DNA of 64,000 nt from Elusimicrobiota bacterium (lineage in GTDB: Bacteria; Elusimicrobiota; Elusimicrobia; F11): contig JBGAON010000002.1 of assembly GCA_044221725.1 (NCBI GenBank), positions 384,001-448,000 on the forward strand, read 5' to 3'. The translations under genes and the position numbers were made by a program. Below the pieces are notes generated by a model. The model had not been told where the DNA came from, searched no databases, and was given only the letters and a program-made list of their open reading frames with translations. This document shows positions 9,435 through 19,077 of this stretch, in pieces. Every line of letters starts with the position of its first letter. Within the stretch, counting starts at the first letter, position 1.

Positions 9435-11645
9435 GTGAAATTTTTACGAGTGTTGGTGGTATTTTCATTAATTGGGGGGGCGAACAGCGGTTTGCATGCC
9501 CAGGATAAGACGCGCCCAGTTCGTCCAAAGATTGGTTTGGTTTTAAGCGGCGGCGGGGCCCGAGGTGCCACGCACGTGGGAATTTTGAAAGTCCTCGATG
9601 AAATGCGAATTCCCGTTGACCTTGTCACCGGGACGAGTATGGGGTCCGCGGTGGGCGGGCTTTACGCGGCCGGACTCTCGGCTCAGGAACTCCAAGAAGT
9701 GTTTTTAAATTTCGACTGGGTTGCCGCGTTTGAAGATTCTCCGTCGCGCCGTGATTTGTCTTTCCGTCGGAAAGAAGACGATCGGAATTTTTTGGTGAAA
9801 GCGCGCGCCGGGGTCGGAAAGGGGGGATTAAAACTGCCACGCGGACTCGTCGAAGGCCAAAACTTTGTAACGGAACTTCGAAAACTTTCGCATGTCACCG
9901 AATCGGTAAAGAGTTTTGACGATTTGCCGATTCCGTTCCGCTGCATGGCGACGGACCTTGTCACTGGCAAACCGGTGGTTCTTGACCGCGGCGATCTCGT
10001 TAAAGCCATTCGGGCCAGTATCGCAATCGCGCCACTTTTCTCACCGATCGAAATCGACGGCAAATTGCTGGTCGACGGCGGTTATCTCCGCAATATTCCA
10101 GTCGAGATTGCACAAGCGATGGGCGCCGACCGTTTGATTGTGGTGAATATCGGTACACCGCTCTCTCCGCGCGAAAGCATCAATTCGGTGTTGGATGTTT
10201 TTTCGCAAGTGAGTCGCGTGGCCGGTGACGAAACAGACAAACTCGCGATCGCGAAGATGAAACCCGGCGATTTGTTGATCCAGCCGGACCTGGCCGGAAT
10301 GTCTTTCACAGACTTTGACAAAATTCCCGAATTTATGCGACGCGGCGAGGAGGCCGCGCGCGCCATGGCGGACCAACTGAAACAGTATTCGGTTTCCGAG
10401 CAGGAATACGCGCAATGGAAGAAATCGTTGCGCGGCCGCCCAAATTTTCCTGTCGTGAGCAGTCTCGAAATTCGAAACGGTACCCGGATTCCAACCGCCG
10501 TTATCTCTCCGTTCATTCGTCAGCCAATGGGGCAACCGGTTAACCCGCTGCAACTGCAGAAAGATCTTTCGCGAGTTTACGGTCTCGGGTATTTTGAAAT
10601 GTTGGATTACCACGTCGAGCCGCGCCAGGAATCCAAGGCGCTCGTGGTTGACGCGCCGCGTCGCAGCTGGGGACCGAACTATTTGAAACTCGGTGTGAAG
10701 GTGGCGGAAAATTTCAATGGCGACAGCAGCTACGGTATTTTGGTCCGCTACCAGAAGACGGAAATTAATTCGCTGGGCGCGGAATTTCAGGTGGACGGTG
10801 AGATCGGAACGAACCCGGGAGCCAAAGCGGAGTTTTACCAACCCATTGGTGCAATTCCCAATCGCATCAGTTACGGAGCGCCGTACTTCGTGTTCGCGAA
10901 TATCGGATACGCCAATCAGAACGATCCGTTGCTGCTCGAAATGCACAATCAAGTTCCCTTCGTCGTGAAAGCCGGAGCGGGCAGTCTCGGTGCTGGCCGC
11001 AACATGGGAAATTGGGGTCGGATCAAACTCGGATTGGGCTACCAGGATGATGTTTGGCGCACTCCCACCGTTCCGGATTTTCATTTGGAACAGCAAATCG
11101 GTGACGTGTTCGGCCGCGTGGAAATCGACACGCTCGACAAACCGGGATTTCCGCGCTTGGGTATGGTGGGAAAAATCGAGGCGCGAGGCGCCAGCGAATC
11201 GTTGGGTGCGGATGATTCGGCATCCGCGGTTAATGTCGATTTGGGAGGGGCGCGTTCCTTCGGTGATCACACGTTTCGTTTGAAGGGTCGATACGCCACG
11301 AACTTCTACGAAGCGACGTCCTCTCCTTATTTGTATCGGATCGGTGGATTTCTGAATCTCTCGGGCTTTTCACCAAACGCGTTGTTGGGAACCAGCATTG
11401 CTTTGGGGCAGGCACAATATCTTTACCGGGTCGGTTCGCTCGGAAAAACGCCGATGTACGCCGGATTGGCGGGGGAATGGGGTGGCGCGTGGAACAGCCG
11501 CGCGGAAATGTCCGAAGAATCTGGGATCTGGTCGGGCAGCACGTTTGTTGCGCTTGATACCGGAATCGGACCTGTCTATTTGGCATACTCGCTGGCGGAA
11601 GCGGGCCGGTACGCCGTGTCATTTAATGTTGGGCAAGCATTTTAG
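9435..11645 (+). CDS. Patatin-like phospholipase fused to POTRA and Omp85-type barrel (PlpD-like, type Vd architecture)
   Basis: LSGGGARG oxyanion motif, GTSMG nucleophile, DGG; POTRA-like segment (LQKDLSRVYGLGYFE); C-terminal barrel ending NVGQAF. Confidence 0.9.
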   Translation: MKFLRVLVVFSLIGGANSGLHAQDKTRPVRPKIGLVLSGGGARGATHVGILKVLDEMRIPVDLVTGTSMGSAVGGLYAAGLSAQELQEVFLNFDWVAAFEDSPSRRDLSFRRKEDDRNFLVKARAGVGKGGLKLPRGLVEGQNFVTELRKLSHVTESVKSFDDLPIPFRCMATDLVTGKPVVLDRGDLVKAIRASIAIAPLFSPIEIDGKLLVDGGYLRNIPVEIAQAMGADRLIVVNIGTPLSPRESINSVLDVFSQVSRVAGDETDKLAIAKMKPGDLLIQPDLAGMSFTDFDKIPEFMRRGEEAARAMADQLKQYSVSEQEYAQWKKSLRGRPNFPVVSSLEIRNGTRIPTAVISPFIRQPMGQPVNPLQLQKDLSRVYGLGYFEMLDYHVEPRQESKALVVDAPRRSWGPNYLKLGVKVAENFNGDSSYGILVRYQKTEINSLGAEFQVDGEIGTNPGAKAEFYQPIGAIPNRISYGAPYFVFANIGYANQNDPLLLEMHNQVPFVVKAGAGSLGAGRNMGNWGRIKLGLGYQDDVWRTPTVPDFHLEQQIGDVFGRVEIDTLDKPGFPRLGMVGKIEARGASESLGADDSASAVNVDLGGARSFGDHTFRLKGRYATNFYEATSSPYLYRIGGFLNLSGFSPNALLGTSIALGQAQYLYRVGSLGKTPMYAGLAGEWGGAWNSRAEMSEESGIWSGSTFVALDTGIGPVYLAYSLAEAGRYAVSFNVGQAF

Positions 11646-11670
11646 TCCCGAGGAGACATAAAGAACTTTA

Positions 11671-12030
11671 ATGAAGAATAAGATTTGGTTTTTTGCGACG
11701 TTCGTGGCCTTCGCTGTTTACACGAAGGCGATGGCAAATCCATGCGATGGCGATATCGATAAATATTGCGGTGATATCCAACCCGGACAAAAAGAAATCA
11801 CCTCGTGCTTAAACTCGCAAGATGGTCAGATATCATTCCAATGTCGCAATTGGTTACGCGTCTACGCCAGTATTGTTGACGACTTGGACAATGCGTGTGG
11901 GGCCTCTGCCCGCGATTTTTGTCGCGACGTTCGTCCCGGATTCGGCCGCGTCGCGAAATGTTTAAGCAGCGATTACGACAGATTGCCAGAGGACTGCCGT
12001 CGTGCTCTACAGAATAGCAATGCGTACTAA
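11671..12030 (+). CDS. Secreted cysteine-rich repeat protein (paralog of 4754-5122)
   Basis: Signal peptide; CDGDIDKYCGDIQPG...CL and CGASARDFCRDVRPGFGRVAKCL units. Confidence 0.8.
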   Translation: MKNKIWFFATFVAFAVYTKAMANPCDGDIDKYCGDIQPGQKEITSCLNSQDGQISFQCRNWLRVYASIVDDLDNACGASARDFCRDVRPGFGRVAKCLSSDYDRLPEDCRRALQNSNAY

Positions 12031-14416
12031 TCGCGGCTTTCTGTTTCAGCTGCTGCTATCAGCAGCGCTGTTTGCTCCACTCATGGGCGAAGAGTCCGCC
12101 GCCCCAGCAAATCCCAGTCCCGATCCTGATGGCGGTTGGCCGCGCATCATTTCTTCGGAATCCGGCTCGAAGATGCGCGTTTATCAACCGCAAGTGGAAG
12201 ACTGGAAAGATCAGCAGCTTCTTTCGGCGTGGACCGCTGTGGAATATTTGGCCAGTGGGCGCACGAAGTCGGACATGGGTGTTGTGAAATGGGAGGCGAA
12301 CACATCGGTTGCGATCTCCGAGCGTCTCGTTAAGTTCGACAACATTAAGATGACGCAAATAAGTTTTCCGACATTGGATCAAAACCACTCGCGCGAAGTG
12401 ACCTCGGGCCTTAAAGACCTTTTTCCAAAAGAAGGTCTCGTGATTTCTTTGGACCGTGTATTGGCGTCAATCGACAAAAGCAAGATTCGTACGGCCGGTG
12501 CGGAAATTAATCAGGAGCCGCCGCCCATTTTTTATGCCAGTCGCCCAGCGCTGTTAATTCAGTTCGATGGCGAACCGATCATGAGTCCGATCAAAGACAG
12601 CGAACTGAAATATATCGTGAATACGAATTGGGACATCATTCAGGATCCAACGAAGGGTGCGTATTACATGCGATACGAAAAACATTGGTTTGGTTCAAAG
12701 TCACTTGAAACCGGATGGGAACCGGTGAAGAAGTTGCCGGAATCTTTTGAAACGTTGCCGAAGGACAGCAATTGGGCCGATGTCCGCGCGGCGATGCCGC
12801 CGGAATCGTTGCGCAAAAGCAGCGCACCATCGCTTTATTTCAGTCACCGACCCGCCGAACTCATTCTCACCAAAGGCAAGCCGAAGCTCGAGCAGGTGGG
12901 AAAATCGAAACTTTATTGGGTGAAGAACACCGAATGCGATGTGTTCCAAATGAAAAAGGGAGCGTATTATTTCCTCGTTTCGGGTCGTTGGTTTGGTGCT
13001 CCCAAGCTGGAAGGACCTTGGAAGTTTGCTACGCCCGACCTGCCTGCCGAATTTAAAAACATACCGCGGACTCATCCGCGTGCGCGTGTGCGCGCGGCGG
13101 TTCCGGGAACCGACGAGGCGAACGAAGCCGTCTTGCTCGCTCAAATTCCGCAGACGATGACGGTAAACATTAAAGACATGACGCAGCCCGACGTGAAGTA
13201 TTCTGGGGAGCCGGAATTCGTTCCAATCAAAGGCACCAAGCTTTCTTACGCCAAAAATTCTTTAAACGACATTTTGAAATACGAAGACATGTACTACTTG
13301 TGCTACCAAGGTGCGTGGCTTCAGTCGCGCAAGGCCGATGGTCCGTGGGAATTGGCGAAATCCGTGCCGGATGAGATATACAAGATTCCTTCCGATTGTC
13401 CGTTGCATCATGTCACTTACGTGAAGTGTGGTTCCTCGACAGCGGAGACCATCACCTACGTTTCCGATTCCGGATATTCGGGCGTTACGGTGTCGTTCGG
13501 CATCGCGATGTGGGGAACCGGTTGGTATTACCCTCCTTATTATTACTACGGCGGTTATTACCCGGTTTACTACCCGTACCATCATAGTTACGGCGGATAC
13601 CCAATTTATAATTCGCGGACCGGCGCTTATGGTTATGGAAGTTCGGTGTCGGGCCCCAATGGAAGCTTGTCGGGTGCCGCGATGTACAACCCAAACACAG
13701 GAACCTATTCCCGTGGTGTTGTCGCAAAAGACGCGAACGGAACACGCGCGCGTGCAAGTGCTTACAACCCGCGAACGGGCACCTCTCTTCAGACGCAGCA
13801 GGGACGAAACAACCAAGGCGGAAGTTGGGGAACGACCAAAGTTCAGCGCGGCGACAATTGGGCGCAAACCGGCCACGTGAAAGGCGACAAAGGATCGGTA
13901 AGCGGAATCCGCACGAGCGAAGGAAATGGGGCGATCCGGGCCAGCGGCGAAAATGGAAGCGGCTTTGTCGGTAAGAAGGGCGACGATATTTACGCAGGAA
14001 AAGATGGAAATGTTTACCGAAGAACCGAAGATGGGTGGCAGCAATACGGTGAAAACGGTTGGGGAGATGTCTCAAAGCCAGAAAACCTGCCTGCAAACGG
14101 CGAACGCCCGTCTACCTCCGATCGTCCGGCCGGTGACCGTGGAAATGGAGCGGGCGTTTCGGATCGCATGTCGAATCAACCGTCCGTGGGCACTCGCGAT
14201 CAATTGAATCGCGATGCGGGTTCACGTTCCGACGGAAATCAACGGGTTCAAAATCGCGACAGTTACAACCGCGGGAGCGGTTCCTACGATCGCGGCTCTC
14301 GTGGAAGTGGCTCGTACAGTGGTGGCGGAAGTCGCGGCGGTGGATCGTACGGGGGCGGCGGCCGTTCCTATGGCGGTGGCGGTCGCGGAGGTGGTGGCGG
14401 AGGCCGGAGACGTTAG
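12020..14416 (+). CDS. Large exported protein with three internal repeats, Tyr/Pro-rich segment and Gly/Arg-rich tail
   Basis: ATG at 12020 gives a signal peptide; three approx. 100-aa repeats; WGTGWYYPPYYYY; YNPxTG repeats; RGG tail. Confidence 0.8.
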   Translation: MRTNRGFLFQLLLSAALFAPLMGEESAAPANPSPDPDGGWPRIISSESGSKMRVYQPQVEDWKDQQLLSAWTAVEYLASGRTKSDMGVVKWEANTSVAISERLVKFDNIKMTQISFPTLDQNHSREVTSGLKDLFPKEGLVISLDRVLASIDKSKIRTAGAEINQEPPPIFYASRPALLIQFDGEPIMSPIKDSELKYIVNTNWDIIQDPTKGAYYMRYEKHWFGSKSLETGWEPVKKLPESFETLPKDSNWADVRAAMPPESLRKSSAPSLYFSHRPAELILTKGKPKLEQVGKSKLYWVKNTECDVFQMKKGAYYFLVSGRWFGAPKLEGPWKFATPDLPAEFKNIPRTHPRARVRAAVPGTDEANEAVLLAQIPQTMTVNIKDMTQPDVKYSGEPEFVPIKGTKLSYAKNSLNDILKYEDMYYLCYQGAWLQSRKADGPWELAKSVPDEIYKIPSDCPLHHVTYVKCGSSTAETITYVSDSGYSGVTVSFGIAMWGTGWYYPPYYYYGGYYPVYYPYHHSYGGYPIYNSRTGAYGYGSSVSGPNGSLSGAAMYNPNTGTYSRGVVAKDANGTRARASAYNPRTGTSLQTQQGRNNQGGSWGTTKVQRGDNWAQTGHVKGDKGSVSGIRTSEGNGAIRASGENGSGFVGKKGDDIYAGKDGNVYRRTEDGWQQYGENGWGDVSKPENLPANGERPSTSDRPAGDRGNGAGVSDRMSNQPSVGTRDQLNRDAGSRSDGNQRVQNRDSYNRGSGSYDRGSRGSGSYSGGGSRGGGSYGGGGRSYGGGGRGGGGGGRRR

Positions 14417-14419
14417 AAG

Positions 14420-14605
14420 TTAAAGAGCCGGTTTCAATGCCGGTGCCGGCGTTTCAATTTTCGCTGGTGTGGGCGCCGGTTGCTCTTTTATCACTTCTTC
14501 TTGTTTTATTTCCGGTTGTTGTTGCGGTGGTTCCTTCGGGTTTTGTGCCTGCATTGTGAAACCGAGAACCAGGAAAAACACCGTGTTGACCGCAATCGAG
14601 ATCAT
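14420..14605 (-). CDS. Small putative secreted Pro/Gln/Glu-rich protein
   Basis: SD-like AGGGGGT before ATG at 14605; hydrophobic signal followed by a low-complexity PQE segment; fills an intergenic gap. Confidence 0.45.
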   Translation of the reverse strand: MISIAVNTVFFLVLGFTMQAQNPKEPPQQQPEIKQEEVIKEQPAPTPAKIETPAPALKPAL

Positions 14606-14694
14606 TTTAATCACCCCCTATTTCTGCCTGGTGATGACAGCGTTCGTTGCATGATCTTGCATCTCATTCTTATGAAAATCTCGAAGGTCCCACT

Positions 14695-16257
14695 ATGATT
14701 CGTGTCATATTTGCTTGCCTTGGATTGCTCTCATTCGAGGGTTGCGCGACTCTGCCCAAAAATTTTGATGCGAAAGTATCTCATTCGATCAGTCAATCTG
14801 AACAATCAACCCTGCGCAATATAGTCCAACCGAGCCTTGCTTCGCACCCTGGAAAATCGGGGTTTCATGTCTTAAATACCGGCAAAGAAGCATTCGTCTC
14901 TCGCGTAGCGCTTGCCGAGGCCGCCGAGCGAACCATCGATTGTCAGTACTTTATTTGGGAGGGGGACCGGTCCGGCGTGTTGTTGCTGGAGCGACTGGTT
15001 CGTGCCGCGGATCGCGGCGTGCACGTGCGGATTTTGCTCGATGACATCACTTCTCACGGAAAGGATTTGGGTCTGTCCGTGCTCAATCATCATCCAAATA
15101 TAGAAATTCGACTCTTTAATCCGTTGGGGCGCCGTTATTACGTGGGTCTTTTTCGAACCTTATCGATGGCATTTCACGTGGGTCGCATGACGAACCGCAT
15201 GCACAACAAAATTTTTGCGGTCGACAACCAAGTCGCCATCGTGGGTGGACGCAATATCGCCGACGAGTATTTTGGGCTCAATAAGCGCTCCAATTTCCGC
15301 GATATGGATTTGTTGGCCGTGGGTCCGGTGGTCGCCAATATCTCAAACGGGTTTGATGATTATTGGAACAGCGCGTGGTCGGTTCCTTTCGAAATTTTCA
15401 AATCCCATGCGCCTTCGGACAAAAAAATAAAAAAGAAGATGGCACAGTTCGCGAAACAGTTTGAGGAAATGAAAACGTCTTTTCCTTATCAAATCGATTG
15501 GTCGAAAGAAGCGATCGTGAATGTGTTCGAAAAACAATCGCCGCACCTCGTTTGGGCGGATGGGGAAATTGTTTGTGATGCGCCAAGCAAAGCCTGGGAC
15601 CAAGCCAAACGAGGCAAAAGCAAATCCGAAATCGTGAACAAATTGGATCACTTGATCACCGATTCAACGAAGTCGATCCTGATTATCTCGCCCTATTTCA
15701 TTATTTCGAAACAGAACATTCATGGGATGGCGCAACTCGTGAAGAAAGGAATCACGATGAGCGTGTTCACAAACTCGCTGCGCTCAACGGATGCTGTTCC
15801 CGTCGTTGCCATGTATCGCAAGATTCGTGAACCGATGGTGCGCGAGAACGTAAACGTTTTTGAAATGCGCCCGGACGCGGCGAGTCGGCCTTTGTACGCG
15901 GATTCCAGCGTTTCTGACGCGCGACTCAGTCTGCACGCAAAGGCCGTTATATTTGATGAACGCGACGTGTTTGTGGGTACGTTCAATATCGATCCGCGCT
16001 CGGAACATCTGAACACCGAAGTGGGTCTTCTTGTCCACAGCACCGAACTCGCCAAGAAGTTGGCCGAGGATTTTCAGCAAGATTTAAAACCACAGAACAG
16101 CTATTTGGTGACACTTAGTGAAAACAAAAAGAAACTCAAATGGGTTTGTGAACAAGACAACAAGGTCAAGACGTTCGCCTCCGATCCAGAGGCGGGGTTT
16201 TGGCTGCATCTTCAAGCCGGATTCTTCGCTTTGTTGCCCATCAGCTCGCAACTTTAA
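14695..16257 (+). CDS. Phospholipase D family lipoprotein (ClsC/YmdC-like)
   Basis: Two HKD motifs (HNKIFAVD, HAKAVIFD), GGRNI and GTFNID motifs; lipobox-like FEGC after ATG 14695. Confidence 0.88.
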   Translation: MIRVIFACLGLLSFEGCATLPKNFDAKVSHSISQSEQSTLRNIVQPSLASHPGKSGFHVLNTGKEAFVSRVALAEAAERTIDCQYFIWEGDRSGVLLLERLVRAADRGVHVRILLDDITSHGKDLGLSVLNHHPNIEIRLFNPLGRRYYVGLFRTLSMAFHVGRMTNRMHNKIFAVDNQVAIVGGRNIADEYFGLNKRSNFRDMDLLAVGPVVANISNGFDDYWNSAWSVPFEIFKSHAPSDKKIKKKMAQFAKQFEEMKTSFPYQIDWSKEAIVNVFEKQSPHLVWADGEIVCDAPSKAWDQAKRGKSKSEIVNKLDHLITDSTKSILIISPYFIISKQNIHGMAQLVKKGITMSVFTNSLRSTDAVPVVAMYRKIREPMVRENVNVFEMRPDAASRPLYADSSVSDARLSLHAKAVIFDERDVFVGTFNIDPRSEHLNTEVGLLVHSTELAKKLAEDFQQDLKPQNSYLVTLSENKKKLKWVCEQDNKVKTFASDPEAGFWLHLQAGFFALLPISSQL

Positions 16258-16278
16258 CCGTCCCTTCGACCTCTGCCG

Positions 16279-18579
16279 ATGAAACATTTCCCGTTACGAA
16301 AAAAAATCCTGATTCTTTCCCTTTTGGCTTTTGCGTGCGCGGCGGGGATTTGGGTGGCATGGAACAAGTTGGACCAACGCGTGAACAGTGCCGCTTTCCG
16401 AGCTTCCGTTGAACAAGATATCGCGCGCAATATTGGCGGCGCGGCGCGTATCGGAAATTTGCACGTTCGATTGGGCTTTAAGCCCGGCATATCCGCCGAG
16501 GACGTGCGGTTGCAATGGCCCGAGAACGTTGTCGAGTTGAGCGCTTCCTATTTGAGATTCGAAGTGCAGTTGCTTCCGATGCTGCGCCACCAGTTTATTT
16601 TTCCGAAAGTGACGGCGATCGAACCGAAACTTGTCATCACTTTGCCGAAAGGGAAAAAGTGGTCGGATCTCCGGAAATCGACCAACGCGCAGAAAGGTGG
16701 AAGGTTGTTTCGCATTGAAGGCGTCTGGCTCAACGATGCGGTCGTAGCAGTGTTCGACAAAAACAAATCACGAGAACTCATCGCCGAGGGGAAAGCGAAT
16801 TTCGTCAGCAAGCACGATTCCGTGAAAGATCGTAATTCGTTTGAGGCGACCGGGCATGTTCGAACGCCGGATGTAAACAGCCTCATTACGCTCGAAGGAC
16901 ACTTTGCTTCGGAGCTCGAGTTGCAAGCAACGTTGAGAAATCCGGAATTCACCGCCACCGGGCGCCGGTTGCCGATTGCGATTCGCGCCGTCATCGAACC
17001 ATCGAAACCGGTGGCTCTGTCCGTCACGTGGGATTCCAAAAAAGAAAGTGGTGACGCTCCGCTTTTGCGCGTGGTGCCAAAATTGGAAGCCAGTGGATTT
17101 GTGCGAGACGACCGTGTCGAAGTAACAACGTTTGCTGGTAATTTGCTCGGTGGGGACGTCCGTGGCACCGGATATTGGAAATGGCCGTCAAAAGGAAAAC
17201 CTTCCTATCTCGGCATCGAAGCGGCGGGCAAAAGCATCAATGTCGAAGAGTTGCTTGGGTTAACCGTTTCAACGATTCCATGGAAAGGCGCGTTTCATTT
17301 CGACGTTGCGGCTCGCGAATTTCCAATCCCACCAGTGAAAGGAATTGCCGTCACCGACGTTATCATGGCCATGACACATGCCGAAGCACTTAAGGTAAAC
17401 ATAAATGGTGATGCCTCGTTTCATGATCGATCTCCACTCAAAGGGATTGTGGGAAAGCTGCAGCTCGATCCCGCGAAGAGAGTTCTGGATACACAATTAA
17501 AAGTGAATTGGAATACCGGTGGATTGGACGTTCGGGCGGCGATTCCTAGAGGCAGATCGAGCAACGCCACCGGGCCTGTTCGCGTATCAATGAAGATTAA
17601 CGGATTGGATCTCCAATATTTGCCGCAGCTCGCCAAACGATTTCAATTTTCCAAAGCCATCGTGAACCTTGTGTTCGACTGGCGATCCAACTCGTTAAAG
17701 AAGGATTCTCTGAATCTTTTCTCGCTTGATTCTCAATGGGGAGTCTACGGTCGTTTTGCTGAGGCGTCGTGGAGAGAAATTCCGATCGACGATTTGCGCG
17801 TTCAAGCACACTGGAACGGACGCGAATTCGTTGTTGATAATGTCGCGGGTCTGGTCTCAAACGGAAATTTTGCGGGCACCGCTGTCTTTTGGGGTTGGGT
17901 CGATAATGCGTTTCATCGTTTCGCGTTTCAGGCAAACACCAAAGACATTGAGCTGGGTCCATTCATGTACGCCTTTTCCACGAACCCTATTATCATGAGC
18001 GGGCGATTTTCATCTCACACAAATCTGACCGGACAGATTGCACCGTACGCCCCGGACATGCTCATTGGAACCGTCACGGTGCAAGGTCGAAACGGATATT
18101 TTCGCGCCGGTTCCGCTATGGTGCAATTGTTCACCGTGTTGAACTTGCGGACGATCATTGAAAGCGTGAAAGGAAAGCTCCAACCTGGAATACCGTTCGA
18201 TGTTGTCTCTGCTACCGGAGTAGTGTCCGGGGGGCGCGTAACCTTTCAGGATCCGTTCGCCGTCAAGAATCGCAGTATGGAAGCCGCCTACAATGGGTGG
18301 GTGGCGCTTGGAATTCAGTCGGGGCAGGGGTACCTCGTCGTGAACCCGTTGGTTGGAACGCGCAACTTGATCAGTGCGATTCCGGGCGTTTCAAATTTGG
18401 TGCTCGGCCCCAACGGCGAATTCTTGCCTCTGATCGTGGACATGGAAATTAAGGAAGGAAAACTGAAGACCAACTTCCGCTCCATTGATACCGTGACTGC
18501 GCCGGCCATTCGGGTCCTGCGAAACGTAATAAATCTTCCGTTGAAGCTTTTTGGCGTCGGAAAAAAATCGGACCGCTAA
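16279..18579 (+). CDS. AsmA-like (bridge-like lipid transfer superfamily) protein
   Basis: N-terminal TM anchor, LLPMLRHQF motif, long beta-rich body, AsmA_2-like C-terminus (GIPFD...IPGVSNLV). Confidence 0.7.
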   Translation: MKHFPLRKKILILSLLAFACAAGIWVAWNKLDQRVNSAAFRASVEQDIARNIGGAARIGNLHVRLGFKPGISAEDVRLQWPENVVELSASYLRFEVQLLPMLRHQFIFPKVTAIEPKLVITLPKGKKWSDLRKSTNAQKGGRLFRIEGVWLNDAVVAVFDKNKSRELIAEGKANFVSKHDSVKDRNSFEATGHVRTPDVNSLITLEGHFASELELQATLRNPEFTATGRRLPIAIRAVIEPSKPVALSVTWDSKKESGDAPLLRVVPKLEASGFVRDDRVEVTTFAGNLLGGDVRGTGYWKWPSKGKPSYLGIEAAGKSINVEELLGLTVSTIPWKGAFHFDVAAREFPIPPVKGIAVTDVIMAMTHAEALKVNINGDASFHDRSPLKGIVGKLQLDPAKRVLDTQLKVNWNTGGLDVRAAIPRGRSSNATGPVRVSMKINGLDLQYLPQLAKRFQFSKAIVNLVFDWRSNSLKKDSLNLFSLDSQWGVYGRFAEASWREIPIDDLRVQAHWNGREFVVDNVAGLVSNGNFAGTAVFWGWVDNAFHRFAFQANTKDIELGPFMYAFSTNPIIMSGRFSSHTNLTGQIAPYAPDMLIGTVTVQGRNGYFRAGSAMVQLFTVLNLRTIIESVKGKLQPGIPFDVVSATGVVSGGRVTFQDPFAVKNRSMEAAYNGWVALGIQSGQGYLVVNPLVGTRNLISAIPGVSNLVLGPNGEFLPLIVDMEIKEGKLKTNFRSIDTVTAPAIRVLRNVINLPLKLFGVGKKSDR

Positions 18580-18623
18580 ATTCGGTTCAGACGTCGGCGA
18601 TTACGACCAAACTCGGAACGCGG

Positions 18624-18926
18624 TCAATAAGCGGGGGGAGAGTAGAAATTCACCGTTTGTAGGGGGCGCTTGCCGGTGTTTCGGATTTCGTGCTTTTCAC
18701 CGCGCTCAATTAACAACAGCGTGCCGTCGCGAAGTGAATTCCTTTTTCCGTTTATGATGGCAATGCCCTCACCGGAGATCACGTGCAACCATTGATCGGC
18801 GTTGTGCTTGTTATCGGGTCCACCCTCCGAATCCCCGGGGGGAATGACCATGATCGCCGCCTGGGACCGCTTGGTTCCCGCGATGACCTTCCAGCTATTT
18901 CCAAACTTCAATTGCGTGATTTTCAT
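18624..18926 (-). CDS. Cupin domain protein
   Basis: EGGPDNKH...DQWLHVISGEG, IERGEKHEIRNTG and YSPPAY motifs. Confidence 0.9.
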   Translation of the reverse strand: MKITQLKFGNSWKVIAGTKRSQAAIMVIPPGDSEGGPDNKHNADQWLHVISGEGIAIINGKRNSLRDGTLLLIERGEKHEIRNTGKRPLQTVNFYSPPAY

Positions 18927-18987
18927 ATCCTGGTTTACGTGCTCAATTCAGCGAAGGTTCGAAATTTACTACGATCCACCACCTGAA

Positions 18988-19061
18988 GCGCGGTTAGCTC
19001 AGTTGGTTAGAGTACTTCCTTGACATGGAAGGGGTCAGAGGTTCGAATCCTCTACCGCGCA
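18988..19061 (+). tRNA. tRNA-Val(GAC), CCA not encoded
   Basis: Acceptor GCGCGGT/ACCGCGC, anticodon arm CTTCC-TTGACAT-GGAAG, T arm AGAGG-TTCGAAT-CCTCT. Confidence 0.97.
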
Positions 19062-19077
19062 CCCTTCGCACTAGAAC

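Noticed and set aside
10041..11270. 409-aa antisense ORF, and similar long antisense ORFs at 3634-4515, 13262-14044, 58944-59702 and 60239-61045
   Set aside because: They lie opposite well-supported genes and show no recognisable motifs
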